A stretch of DNA of 60,649 bases, the filler included, from Sphacelaria rigidula (Eukaryota), in NCBI GenBank assembly GCA_964200075.2. It is 6 parts of 6 records of this genome, joined end to end, with 100 filler letters (N's around TTAATTAATTAA, not from the genome) between each part and the next. Parts side by side here need not be neighbours in the genome. Positions count along the whole stretch, not along the records: positions 20,253 to 30,277 come from CAXNAA020007303.1; positions 30,378 to 40,402 come from CAXNAA020007304.1; 4 more parts are not named here. One strand, written 5' to 3'. The notes beneath the pieces are model-generated. The model was not told the origin of the DNA, did not search any database, and saw only the letters and a program-made list of their open reading frames with translations. Shown piece after piece: positions 26,089-38,400 of this stretch (its first letter is position 1; every line of letters starts with the position of its first letter). The position numbers and the translations under genes were made by a program.

Positions 26089-26151
26089 GTTCAACGATAC
26101 ACCCAAGCCGTTGTACCACCCTTCAACTCCACGACACGCAAAACGAACCAG

Positions 26152-26371
26152 GCGGGGACCAGAAAGGAGATCGTGACCGAGAGCTCGCGCAGGGTATTCC
26201 CCGCACGCCGGGAAAGGCTGCAGCGTCAAGGCAAGGAAGCAAAATGTCGCACGGGGGCCGGCCCGTCCCACACGTGGAAGCCTTGACCGGCGCGCGGGAT
26301 TGCTTACGCGTGCTCTCGGCCAAGATCTTGTTTGTGATCCACGCCTCGTTCATCCTGCGCGTGTCGTGGAG
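26152..26371 (+). CDS. Candidate isolated exon of an unknown gene
   Basis: accag|...|gtaggg, GC-rich, open frame GDQKGDRDRELAQG...FILRVSW; no partner exons confirmed. Confidence 0.25.
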
Positions 26372-26549
26372 GTAGGGAGGGGTACAACCGCTTGAGGTCA
26401 TCGCCGAACACTGCGACATAAGTCATGTGACTGATGCGGATAAGTGGGGGACGGAGCTGATTCGAGTAATCACGGCTACTTCAGCAAACTTTTCACACGT
26501 CAGACAACTCAACTCAGGTCAACACGAGTCAACTATTTTTCGCATAACT

Positions 26550-26850
26550 CACCAATGAGTTATAGCAGCATCACTCAGCGATGCTCATTCTAGCCAGGTG
26601 AGTAATATAGCATAACTCAGTTATGCACATTCTGGCCGGGTGTTGAAAACTATAACACAGTTATGCATGTCCTGGGCAGATGAGTTATAAAATATAACTC
26701 AGTTACGCACATTCCGGCTGGGTGAGTTATGAACTATAACTCATCGGTGCACATTCTGGCCAGGTGAGTTATAAACTATAACCCAGTTATATCTTGGCCA
26801 AGAGGGTTATGGAAGATAAACCAGCGGTGCACATTCTGGCCGGGTAAGTT
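26550..26850. repeat. ~41-bp minisatellite, array 1
   Basis: Unit ~ GTGAGTTATAAACTATAACTCAGTTATGCACATTCTGGCCGG, about 7 copies. Confidence 0.88.
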
Positions 26851-27569
26851 GTAGAATAAAAATTAAAGAATAAAAAGAGTGATGTGGAGCTCAGTTAAGT
26901 GTTCTGAGTTCTGAAACAGCTCATTCTGTACACAGAGATGCATCTTTCTTTTGAGAACTGAGTTCTGAGATAGCTCACCTTTACCCTTGAACTCATATAG
27001 CACAGTTATATCACTCACTTTTGTGTTCGGAGTTCTGATATAACCAATCTTTACCCCTTAATTCATATTACGGCCACATCACTTGCTTTTGTGTGATGAG
27101 CTCTGAGTTTCGAGATAGCTCGTCTTTACCCCTGAGGTTGTGTGATACCCCCCCTTTCACACACACATCCACACACCCACCCCCATGCTTGGCGCGTGAG
27201 CGACGATCATCGAGAGTTGCCTTGCATGCGACACACGATACGATCGTCTACTATGGCATCCACCACGTTCTCCAGCGGTGCCACGGCACATGAAAACCCC
27301 CCCCCCCCCCCCCAGAAAGCAAACTGTGAGAAACGGTCGCATTTTGGTGTTGTATACTCGTATGATGTACATGTTTTCGTATGAGACCTGCGGCAGCATT
27401 GATATAATCTGCATATATACTACGAGCCTTCTCATGCCACGTGTTCCAGCAGACGTGTTACGTGATCATGCATTTCCTCTTACATGAGTGACTAGTGTCG
27501 ACCACTGTTTTCTGCGTGTTTCCGGTCCGGTGAGTTGTTCTTCATCACTCATCTTCCAATAATTTACCA

Positions 27570-27970
27570 GTGAGTTATAGCGGCATCACTCAGCGGTGCC
27601 CATCCTGGCCGAATGAGTTATAAATTATAACTCAGTTGTGCATACCCTGGACAGGTGAGTTATAAACTATTACCCAGTTATGCATATCTTGGACGGGTGA
27701 TTTATGAACTCTGACTCAGTTGTGCACATGCCGACGGGATGAGTTATGAACCATGACTCATTGGTGCACATTTTAGCCGGGTGAGTTATAAACTATGACT
27801 CAGGTATGGATGTCTTAGACAGGTGAGTTATAAACTATAAATCAGTTATGCACATTCCGGCTGGGTGAGCTATAGCCTATAACTCATCAATGCATATACG
27901 GTGGTGTGAGTTAGAGAGTATAACTCAGCGGTGCACATTCTGGCCGGGTAACTTATACAGCATAACTGAG
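27570..27970. repeat. ~41-bp minisatellite, array 2
   Basis: Same unit and orientation, about 9-10 copies. Confidence 0.88.
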
Positions 27971-29899
27971 TTCACTCATGAGTTGTCCGACATGTGAAAA
28001 TTCTGGAAAAGTCTGAGTCGACCTATCACGGCTGATTCAACGAGTTGCCGCAATTAAACCAACGGGTCCGAGGACCACGACGAGCACAAGACTCGGACCC
28101 ATAGCTTCACGTCTGTTGGTTTTATTGGGTACTGTTCACTGCAATCCCCAAAACTTATGTCACAAAACTACTGCAGCAGATGAGCGTCGCCTAGATCGAC
28201 AACGCACCCTCCCACCACCTGTGCTATACCCGGAGGGACATGTAGGCCCTATACCACGTACTGAAGCTTGAGATCAGCTTTGAAAGTCTGCCGGAGGTTG
28301 CCTGTTTTGGGGGGATCGGGTACCGGCAGTACCCTGAGGTGCTTCGGGAGAGTCCGATACATCCAGGCACCGTCGAGTATTCAGCATTTCGGGTACTGCT
28401 GTAGATACTCTCGGTACTCCTGGGGACTCCTTACTGTACGGATTCATGCGGGGTTGTCTTCCTTGCGAATCTCGGTGGTCTATCGTTTTGGTTGTTGCAT
28501 GTTGGTTAGTACCCGCGGTCGCAAAGCTGAAGGCGAAACTTGAAACTTGAGGGTCCAGTGAGTAACGGTCCCTCTGCAATGTTGCACTGCCGTGTTCAAT
28601 GTTTTGATCCACTTTAGTGCGGCACTGAATATTGCGGCGCCTGTTCTACTGCGGCCATCGAACGCCACTGATTGACGTTTGAGTCCCGGGCTCATCGTGG
28701 CGAGATAATGTCGGTCAGCGACCCAACTTAGAGTACACGGGGTGCAGCGCCATACAGTCCGTGAAATACAGCCGTGAACTTGCAGATTCGATATTTTACA
28801 CAAAAACCCGTCAGGTACATATACCTCAGGTTACACCACCAGGTACAACCGCAAGGGGTCCACGAGCTGAATGAACCGCACACAAGCTGCACTGGTGTGT
28901 TATATCATATAACACGTCCTCTGGCTGCCGCCGTTGCACATGTTACAAACGTCCGTGCTGTTGACGAAGAGGGCAGCTTGCAGTCAGAAACTCCACCTCA
29001 CCATTGGGCGCTCAGATCCGGAACATTTCCCTATTTTGAAAAAGCCAGAAGTAGCGCTACCGGCCCCGCTTGTGTTCACATCTCACAAATACGAAAACCC
29101 TTGAAAATAGTCGTAGTGATTGGCATTCAGAATTGCGATGTATGACACCAAAGCTGTTGCGCAGCAGGCGAACTGCTATGCCGTGCTGTATGTACTCCAC
29201 AGCAAAGATGTGCTGTGAAAATATACCCAGTTCAAGGAACTCTGCGTTTCGCAATTCATACTTCTACTGCCCCTGAATACGCAACGCATACCGCGAGAGT
29301 CAAACCAAATGTGAGCTCACCTTCTGTCTGTGGCACGCACCTCGGGCTCTCAATCACATGCCCCAAGACCCCCACACATACTCTGCACCGATACGCCGAC
29401 TGCGGTACATTGCTATCTCGACTTGCTTGTCCTCTGTCGTCGTATGTTTTACCATATTTTTGAAATGTTCGGAGGTCCAAAACGCCTGTTACGCAGACCC
29501 GCCATTATAGAATAATGAAGGAGAAAGTACTCTCGGATAGTACCTGTACTATTATTGTTGTATGTTGTACGAGTGTGAATACGCGGGCCCACCAAGGAGA
29601 GCCGATTCGCCAATATCGTCATGCGCTTCTCAGTTTTTCGAGTTGGGATCTTAACTATTGGCGCATGATTTGCAAGGTATTCACCGGCACATTCCGAGCG
29701 AATCCCCCGTTGCTCTTCCCGCCGAGGCACGACCGCGACCCCAAGGAACAGAAACAAAGGGTCCTGAAAAATGAGGTTGGACACTCAAATGGAGTTGAAG
29801 ACGCCCTCCGAAAAGTCACAATTACCTGAAACAGTTTTGCAGATACAACTAACTGAGGATTGTTAGTTTCAAGAGACGTATACAAATACAGGTATACAC

Positions 29900-30045
29900 A
29901 GCGGGTGAGTTATACCAGATAGATGTAACTCAGCGGTGCATATCCCGGCCGGGTGAGTTATTCAAGATAACTCACCGGTGCATATCGTGGTCAGGTGAGT
30001 TATACAGTATGACATAGCGGTGCACATTCTGGTCGGCTCAGTTCG
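29900..30045. repeat. ~41-bp minisatellite, array 3
   Basis: Same unit, 3-4 copies. Confidence 0.75.
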
Positions 30046-30277
30046 TGAATACAGGCTGATTCAGGCATATCACCCAAAAAACAATCATCGGCAAAACCTC
30101 ACGCCGTTTGAAAGAGTTAGACTCTGAAATTTCGCACAGATAACAGTGAATCCTAGAGAGTGGGGTTGATACAATATATATATATGGGGTTGAAGTGGTA
30201 TATTTCTCTTTTAAAACAGCGAATCATCTATTTTGAGGATGGTGCTTTTTGTTGAGGATGAAACACAGTCGGAAAAA

Positions 30278-30377
30278 NNNNNNNNNNNNNNNNNNNNNNN
30301 NNNNNNNNNNNNNNNNNNNNNTTAATTAATTAANNNNNNNNNNNNNNNNNNNNNNNNNNNNNNNNNNNNNNNNNNNN
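30278..30377. other. Artificial contig-joining spacer
   Basis: Same 100-bp structure. Confidence 0.98.
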
Positions 30378-30999
30378 TTCTCATCCTCAATCAAAAGCAC
30401 CATCCTCAACATAGATGATTGGCTGTTTTCATCTCGTAGTAACCGTCATCGGCACGGGAATCTAATGAGAAAAATGAATATTTTTAAAGCGTTTACTACG
30501 AGGGTCGAATTACACCCGAAACCGTGATGTATCGGTGATGTCGGGTGTTGGCGTCATCTAATTACCACTAATGATACGCACAAAAAACCCACGGAGCCTC
30601 GTTACGGTGTCCCGTATATATGTCGTAGAAAGCTCAGATCGTCCTCAAACTTGGCAGTTCCATAGGTATTGATGCTCAAAATGGAAAAATTGTATTATTG
30701 ACAAGATTAAAATTTTTCTCCGTTCTTTACCGGCTTCCGGTGGTCTTCATACTGGGACCCCCGTAAGGCGGTACAGAACGCCCCGAAAGGAAAATAATAA
30801 AATGATGCGTCCCGGGATAGTCCAAGGAAGACATGCACAACGTTTGGTGGAGAAAATGGAGAAGCTCATACAGTTTTTCTTGCCTTGACGTGAAATTCAC
30901 CCCAAAAGACGTTTCCATACTAAAACCAAGGTTAGGAGTTGCACGTTTCAAGCCCACGTCCTCCACAAACGCGCAAACGTTCACGCCGATATTAGGACT

Positions 31000-31480
31000 T
31001 AGCACAAATATGCTATGTACCACTACGCAACTTTCTACGCACGAGTTAGTTTTTTTACTTTTGGAGCTTTTCACCGTTATTCGGGGGTCCGACGGGATCG
31101 AAGTCGTTTTTCGAAGTAGTCTCCATTCTGGGACCCCGGTAAATCGGCAATACGATCTTTTTATCATTTTTTTGCGCACGATTTGTCGCCGCATCACCCA
31201 AGGAAGAGCCCCGCAAAACTTCGTCGCAAACTCGATCAACTGATGCTTGAATTTTGGGTTTTCTTTATTTTTCATTATTTACCGTTTTACGGGGGTCCGA
31301 TGGGATCGATGTTTTCCCGAAAAAATGGGGATCCCCGAACAACGGTGAAAAAAAAGTCAAAATTAAAAAAAAACACTCGTTCTTCGTAAGTTGCGTAATG
31401 AACCATAGAACGTCTGTGCAAACTTTCAGGCTCTAACTCTTTAAAATGACGTGAAGTTTTGCCGATGAGTGTTTTTGGGG
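31000..31480. repeat. Degenerate inverted-repeat element; part of it recurs at 30070-30140
   Basis: caccgttattcggggg is inverted relative to ccccgaacaacggtg; 31410-31480 is the reverse complement of 30070-30140. Confidence 0.55.
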
Positions 31481-32409
31481 TGTTCACCGTGAACCAGCTC
31501 GTAGTCAAAGGTCACGAACTCACTGAAATATCTTCTGCAGACACAAATTCGCTGAAAACTCTCTTGTAGACAATGTTGACCTGGCCGCTCTACACGCTCA
31601 AGAGATATGTGATATATGAAGAAAATTTCACCGCTAGCCGTCGAAAATGGCGAGCTTTTGAAGGCTCTTCTCGGTGAACTTACCCATGAAGAGTTCATGA
31701 AGCGGGAGGGGAGGGGGGTGTACTCATGATCATGCATGCCATAGTCATTGACTATTAACTACACATCCCTTTCGAGATGGAGCATCGTTCCTATTCCTGA
31801 GGTCCATGATTAGGGACACTGTTATTTCGGAGATCTCTGAAGATTTCAGGCATTGACGACTCTCAAATGCTCGCGGGCGCCACGGCATACACACAGGGCA
31901 GCTCTCTGAAGTTCTGGGTTGCAGCCCCGAAAAGTCAGACTTGTCCAAATGTAGAGATTCAGAGGAAAAATCGAGCCTATTCATTGTTGGAGAAGTCCGA
32001 ACGGAGAGTCCGACGCGTCCAAACATTTGGAGGTGTCCGAAAAAATGGCGTCGATACCAATGGACCTAATAAAAACACTTCCAACATATGAGCGCTCGCT
32101 TTTTTGTTCCATACATGGCACAAGAACCCTCAACATATCTTTTCAGCGCGCGCGCGGGGGGGGGGGTGGTGTGGAGATGTAGAGACTGCCCCGAAAAAAG
32201 GGTCGAACTTCCTGTAGAGGACCTAATGCTCGTTGTGCACGATGGGCGAATTGGACATTTATGCACTATCGTTGTGCCCAGATTACTACAACTCGTGGCC
32301 AGTGTACAGCAGTTGCGCTTGCAGTATACTGTCACAGCATTCGTTACCCACTGGCCACTGCTAACCGCTTCCAAACCTTACACTCGCCTCATTGATTGGC
32401 AATCATCAG

Positions 32410-35400
32410 CCACCGGCAGTGGTCACCCGCATTCTTGGCGAGTTCGGTGACTTGGAGAGCGTAGCTCCTACCTACGGAGAAGCTGAAGCTGCTGTCAAGT
32501 TGCAGGTTTGTACAATGTATTATAAGCAACGATGTTGGTGTGTGGGAAGGTGCACAGTGCAATACAGCATAGTGCAGCATGCCGGAGAAAATGGTATGTG
32601 GGTAGGGAATATTGTTTGGAGTCTTCTCTCACTTTGCGTACACAACAGGCGGTCACGCATATTCGCTGTCAATCGTCTATCGACGTTCCATGTGCATCAT
32701 CGTCCAGGGAAGTGAACAATGTGCACTCGCCAATTGCTCATAGCATGTACGAAAAACTAATGAAGCAGCTGTGTTTCTCGTTGTTGACATAATACAGTGA
32801 GATATTTCTGGCTACACCCGTTCGTCTTCAACATATGTACGAAATTAGGCGGCTTGGCGACGGCGTCGAGCGGCTCGAACAATGCGCGCCCTACTCTCCA
32901 CCATTGTAAGCAAGATATTCGATGACACCTCGGGCGCCTTCTACTATTTCAACTCCCTCACAGGAGAAACTTCGTGGTCAAAGCCCGCCCTGTTCGGATC
33001 GGAGGTAAGAGCGAGCATTGTGTCCGTGTCATTTTCTCTATGAGTACGTATTTAGTGTGTACCTACGGTACGGCCAGGTACGCTGCCAAATAAGGGGGGT
33101 CTTCGGCTCCTCCTACCTAACGCTGCATTCGCAGTCCCGTTGCCAAAGGTACTTTCACTTCAAAGCGAGACATTTCTTCTCTTGACGTTTAGGGCGAGGC
33201 CTTGGCCGTGATCCGGGTGGTCGGCTGTTTCATAGGGTGTTTTCAGTGGACAGGGTGTCTCTGTCATGTCGAACTCGTGCATCATGCCCTACCGATTTTT
33301 TGGGGTAAATGAGATCCGTGCATAACATAGGCGGGTGAGTCGGGATCGCTCCCTCATGTTACCGGCTGGACATGTTTTTGTGGCGCGTTCGTCTCTTTCT
33401 GGTTGACGTGCGAACATGGTTGTTTGTTTCGAGCGTACGTAGTGTTCTTATCTCGGCTGTTGTTGTCACGCACGTATTGTTGCGTGAACTTCGAAGACGA
33501 TCGTCAGCATGTTCGCTGTTCACGTCGGTGTAAGCTTTCCTTCAATACGTGCCTTTGCAAAGTACTACGCCTGTGCTGAAGCTACGCCTTTTACAGGCGC
33601 CAGAAGCTGCTTGATCTGACCCGAAAACGTGCTCGGTCTTGTCTACGTGCTTAACAACGTTGCGCGTGTGAAGTTTGCTGCTTGCTGAGAGAGGGAATCG
33701 TGCGAAGCCGAGAGAACTGCGCAATTTTCAAGCTGCCGCAGGTGTTTTCAGGAAGATGCTAAAAGTACTCTGTTTTACCCTGCCGTCACTACAATATCTT
33801 ATTTTCCCGCATGTGCGGTTCGCTTTCTTGTGGCCACTCAGCCTCCCACCCCAAAGGAGTGCTTTACACAGACTACGTGCGGTCAACAACATCGATTTTC
33901 ATTCGGAATATTGCAGGATGTTGAGAATTACCTCCTTGGTGCTCCTGGGCCTGAAAGTCGAGAATACGGACAAGGACAGGAGAACATGGATCCTCTTGGA
34001 ACAGGCAGCTATGGCTATGAGAAGGGAGAGGTGTGCATGTGAAATGCCGACGATTGCGCTGCACCTCGATCCACCTATGATCGCGGGACTATTTCCCCGA
34101 TTTCTTCGAATATGGAGAATCGCCGCAGACTAAAACTATGAATGTTTATGGACGCTGTGAGGTAATTGTATACAATAATTAGAGAAGTGCTTGAGTTTGC
34201 CAACGTCATTGCAGTGAAACTGAGAAAAGGCGTGACCTGGTGTTCCGCACACTATCAGCGAAACAACGCGCGCTGACGCCGTCGGAGAAAAAGACATTCA
34301 ACGACACGATGCTGTTGTGTATACTTCGTAGTATCAGTATCGGCATGACAAGGACTGCAAATTATCTGGAGTTAGGGCTGATTCCACCTATAACCCTGCC
34401 TCGTTGTTAATGGGAATTGGATATTTGACTCGACACATGCACCATTGTTTTCGTGCGCTTACTTCGGGACCGTTCTCAGGAAGAGCGAGAATACCAACAA
34501 GGGACGCAGCGACAGGGAGAGGGAGGGGTGAGCGAAGGGTACGAGGGTGAGTCGCCCAGACACAGGAGCAGCACAACGTTTCATTTGTTTTTGGCCGCCG
34601 AATATTCTGTCTACTTCCTTGGAATATTAGAATGTTAGACTGATACGCACCGGTTGTTTTGATGTGCCGTTCCAAAATCCCCGTCCACGGCTTGTACGAG
34701 CGCTACAGTTGCCGGCAAACGCTCTTGTGCGACTCATGCAACACTTTCCTCTCAAATTTTCCTCCCTCCCTAGCGTCATTCTACCACTGCTTTTTACTCC
34801 GGCACTAAACTACAACACCCTTAGCGAATACCGCCCTTTTCATTTGTCACTCTTCGCTCTACCGTGGTTGTCGGTCGCCATCCTTAGGCTGGGTATGGGA
34901 CGACGATTCGGGGTGGTACTATGACGAAAAGGTTGCAGCAGAGCAGCTATCAGAAGTGGAAATTGCAGCAATACCATCACTTCCTGATGGCGGTGACAGT
35001 GATGGCGACGATAGTGACAACAGTGACTCATCCAGCGAAATAGGGAATGGAGAAGATGGAGGTGGACGGAAGTGGCAGCAGAGAAAGAGACGAGCGCCGC
35101 CCAGGACGTTTCCTCGATCAAAGGCAAGACACTCCATTTGAACACCCGCGGGGGGACAGACCACTTGATTGACTGATCGGTTGCCGCGCACTACCTAATC
35201 CGCGACGAATGTAGGCGTGGTCACGAGATAGACGTGGTGCACGCATCGCCAAAAAGACATGACTTTCGCGTATCGCAATGCAGCCACGGGTCAAACTTGA
35301 GCTGTCACTCTACCGTCTAAGTGTGGGTTCTTAAACACTCTCTTCTGTATCAGCGGAGCTCTTGATGACTGTAGCAGGATACGAGCTGCGCACATACGCA

Positions 35401-38400
35401 TATGGCTATCACGCGCAATACCTGTCCAGCCGGTGATCCGGTGCATTTTCTACCTCGAAGCGGAGCGGACTTTCGAACAGATATGTCCGGTTTGGGGACA
35501 AGGTGGTCATTCCGTCACGTGCTATTCAAACACTATTTTCTTGCTCTGGAACACTTTAGGTTTATCGAAGTGGAATGAAAACGTGAACATCCTCCACACC
35601 ATCTAGCCATACGCGCCTCAATGATGTTTTCGTTATATGTTTCGCACCAGGCGCAGCGACTTGTGGACGAGGTCGAGGATAGCGTAGAGGGGGCTCAACC
35701 TTTGTCGCTGAATCTGAACGACCTGGACATGACAAGAGTGACGTCCCGAGTGTACGGTTGTACTTGGCTCGAAAGTTTGGATTTGTCCAGGAATCGCTTA
35801 CATCGGGTGTCTCCCGACATGGGCGCCATGGATAGCCTCATCAACTTGGATTTGCGACACAACAGGTTAGAGCTGATGGGTGCTTTGAAAAGAGACGGTC
35901 GCATGTGGGGAGTGGATTTGTCAATGTAAGGTATGGAAGGACAGGGAACATCCCTAAGTATGCCACGACCGCGAACTTTAAGCTTATCAACCAGGGATCG
36001 CTGTAGCCCATAATACCATATTATTGCATCAAATAGTGGGGCGAACGACGTTTTTCAGCGAATGTAGGTAGGGGGGGGGGGACGATGACCGTACCCACAT
36101 GCGGAGATGCCCATTCATCCGCATAGACATATATGTGGCAGGGCACCTCATGTTTGCCCCTGGAGCGAGGTGGAGACTAACCATCCTATGGATCAGCCTC
36201 GTGGAACCCGTGTTGCATCTCCCCTCGCCCAGTTTACCGTTGGATGATGTTGCCGCTGGATTTCAGACTGAAGACTATTCCGGATGAGCTGGAAGCGCTG
36301 ACAAGACTACAGCACCTGCGCGTTGGATACAATCGGATCGAGGGGTTTAGGGGCAACATCTATCTGCTGACTTCGCTGCAAACTCTGGATCTCGGGCATA
36401 ACAGGTGACGATCAATCATCCGCGGGTTGGTGCAGTAACTTCTGCTTCATTTTCATCCAGCGATTGGTTAACTTCCTGTCGGCTTTTCGGTTTCAAGGGT
36501 ACGACAAACGTGAGTTTGAGGTCTAAACAAATGAGCAGGGGTAAGATTTCAAGTGCCAGGGGAAAATAGAGGGATATTTTTAATGCGAAAAGTCTTTCCG
36601 TGAAGTTTTTCGTTTGGATCGCACTGATTTCTGCAAGAGTGTGCTGCTCCTCAGCTTGGTCGTGCCTGTAGCGGCCAATTTCGATTCAAAGTTGGGTAAG
36701 CTACTGTTAATCAGTTCAAGTGCGACAATCGATCAACCAATCTATCTATCAATAAAAAGACAGAATTTCGCCTCAAGGCCGCAGAAGTGGTGTGTGTATT
36801 CCTCCGAATACGTCGTGCATGGCTTCTTGCGCTTCGTGGGAATGTACCGATCTATTTTCAACACAAACATCCGTGTGCCCGTCCGGTGCAGGATGAAGCA
36901 GGTGCCCCTTTGTGTGGGAGACCTCCAGCTCTTGAAGAGGACGCGCGAGTGGGAGGTAAACATTCAAGTTTTAATTCTCCCGCTTGCAGAACGAAACATT
37001 GAGCTTGTTCCCATGTGTCCTTGCTACGAAAAGAAAGATGATCCGGATGTAGAGTCAAGAACATCGCAGCCAAGACGGCTTGACAGTGATACTGCTCAGA
37101 TTCGTAGTTGTTTGTAGTTTTTATGTCCACTGATGTCAGCATCAAGTTCTTCGACTCGGCTGTCGGGCGCAACATACGTTACTCTATGTTCTTGAAGTAA
37201 CGTGCACAGCACGAGGTAAAAGAAAACAGCGCTTTTTATGAAGGAAAAATGTGATCTAGTGGCGAGATACGGTTTGAGCTGATACGTTACGGCGCTTCCT
37301 TGTAGTTTTTTTCCGGGAGCGCACGATAATTAGCCGCACGGATCGCATGTCGTTGTCAGATCGGGCTTCGACTGCTGAAGGAGCTGCTGACACTTGATGT
37401 TAGCTACAACAAGCTCGAGATCTGGCCGCCACAAGTGGAAGGATGCACGAAACTGACGTCTCTACGCCTGGATCACAACATGTTGACAGAGGTGAGGAAA
37501 GCTCAGCTACAAAACGTCGGCGGCGACTACAGCGGTTTTTAGTCTCGGGGGCACTTTTGACGACAATGTCTTGTGATGACCATGATTCTATGTTATACTT
37601 GATGATGCTCCACACTCTGAAGAGAAAATACTTGTTACAAGGGACGTGTTGCTAGCCATCTGCTCGTCGCTATTCTCCGTGGTTTGGGACAAGGAGCGGG
37701 GTGTGTGCAGTGTGCAAGACTTCGTGTATAGAGCACGGGCTTGGCGGGGCAGAGATTGCTCTGATTCATGTCGACGTGGAGAAAACACATGTTCTCGCGT
37801 CAATAAAAGCCTACCGTTACGAAAAATTGTTAGAGCATAACGACCCACGGTGTGCATTGTGTTGGTCGTTAAACTAGCTGTCACTGAAGCTGGTCCAGTC
37901 CCCGCCCGGGCTAGCCCCCCCATCTGTAACGGGCCGTTGTGTTAACGGCAGCCTTGATACGTCACGGTCTCAACGCGACCCGGTGATTTCGCCGAACTAC
38001 ATCCACGAGGAAAAACCCGTGCAATGATGACATGTCCAGTCTCCTCATCCTCTCCCCTCCTCCCCAATCCCCATCAAAACGCTTCTGACATAGATCCCAG
38101 AAAGCCTGGACGAAATGAAGGCCTTGACAAACCTCAATTTGGGCAACAATTCTATACGTCGCCTTCCTAGGGCCGTGAACTCCCTCACGTGTCTGAAGTC
38201 ACTGGATATTTCCCACAATGGTTTGGAGGTTGCGGAGATCTTGCCCATCGATCGCAAGCGGAAAGAACCGCGACTGTTGTCGTTGGAGAGGCTGATGCTG
38301 CAAAGAAATGAATTGACGAAGGGGCCTTCAGCGACGGACACTTTGAAGACGCTTACGGAGCTAGAGTGAGTTCGATCCCGACGGTATGGAAGCAACGATG

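Noticed and set aside
26550-27970. CRISPR-like 41-bp arrays
   Set aside because: The whole unit repeats; there are no unique spacers
20253-30277. Integrated phaeovirus genome
   Set aside because: Only one virus-related gene; no dense intronless ORF cluster, capsid, polymerase or integrase
30210-30430. Inverted repeat spanning the third spacer
   Set aside because: The arms are on different, artificially joined contigs; most likely both contigs end in the same abundant repeat
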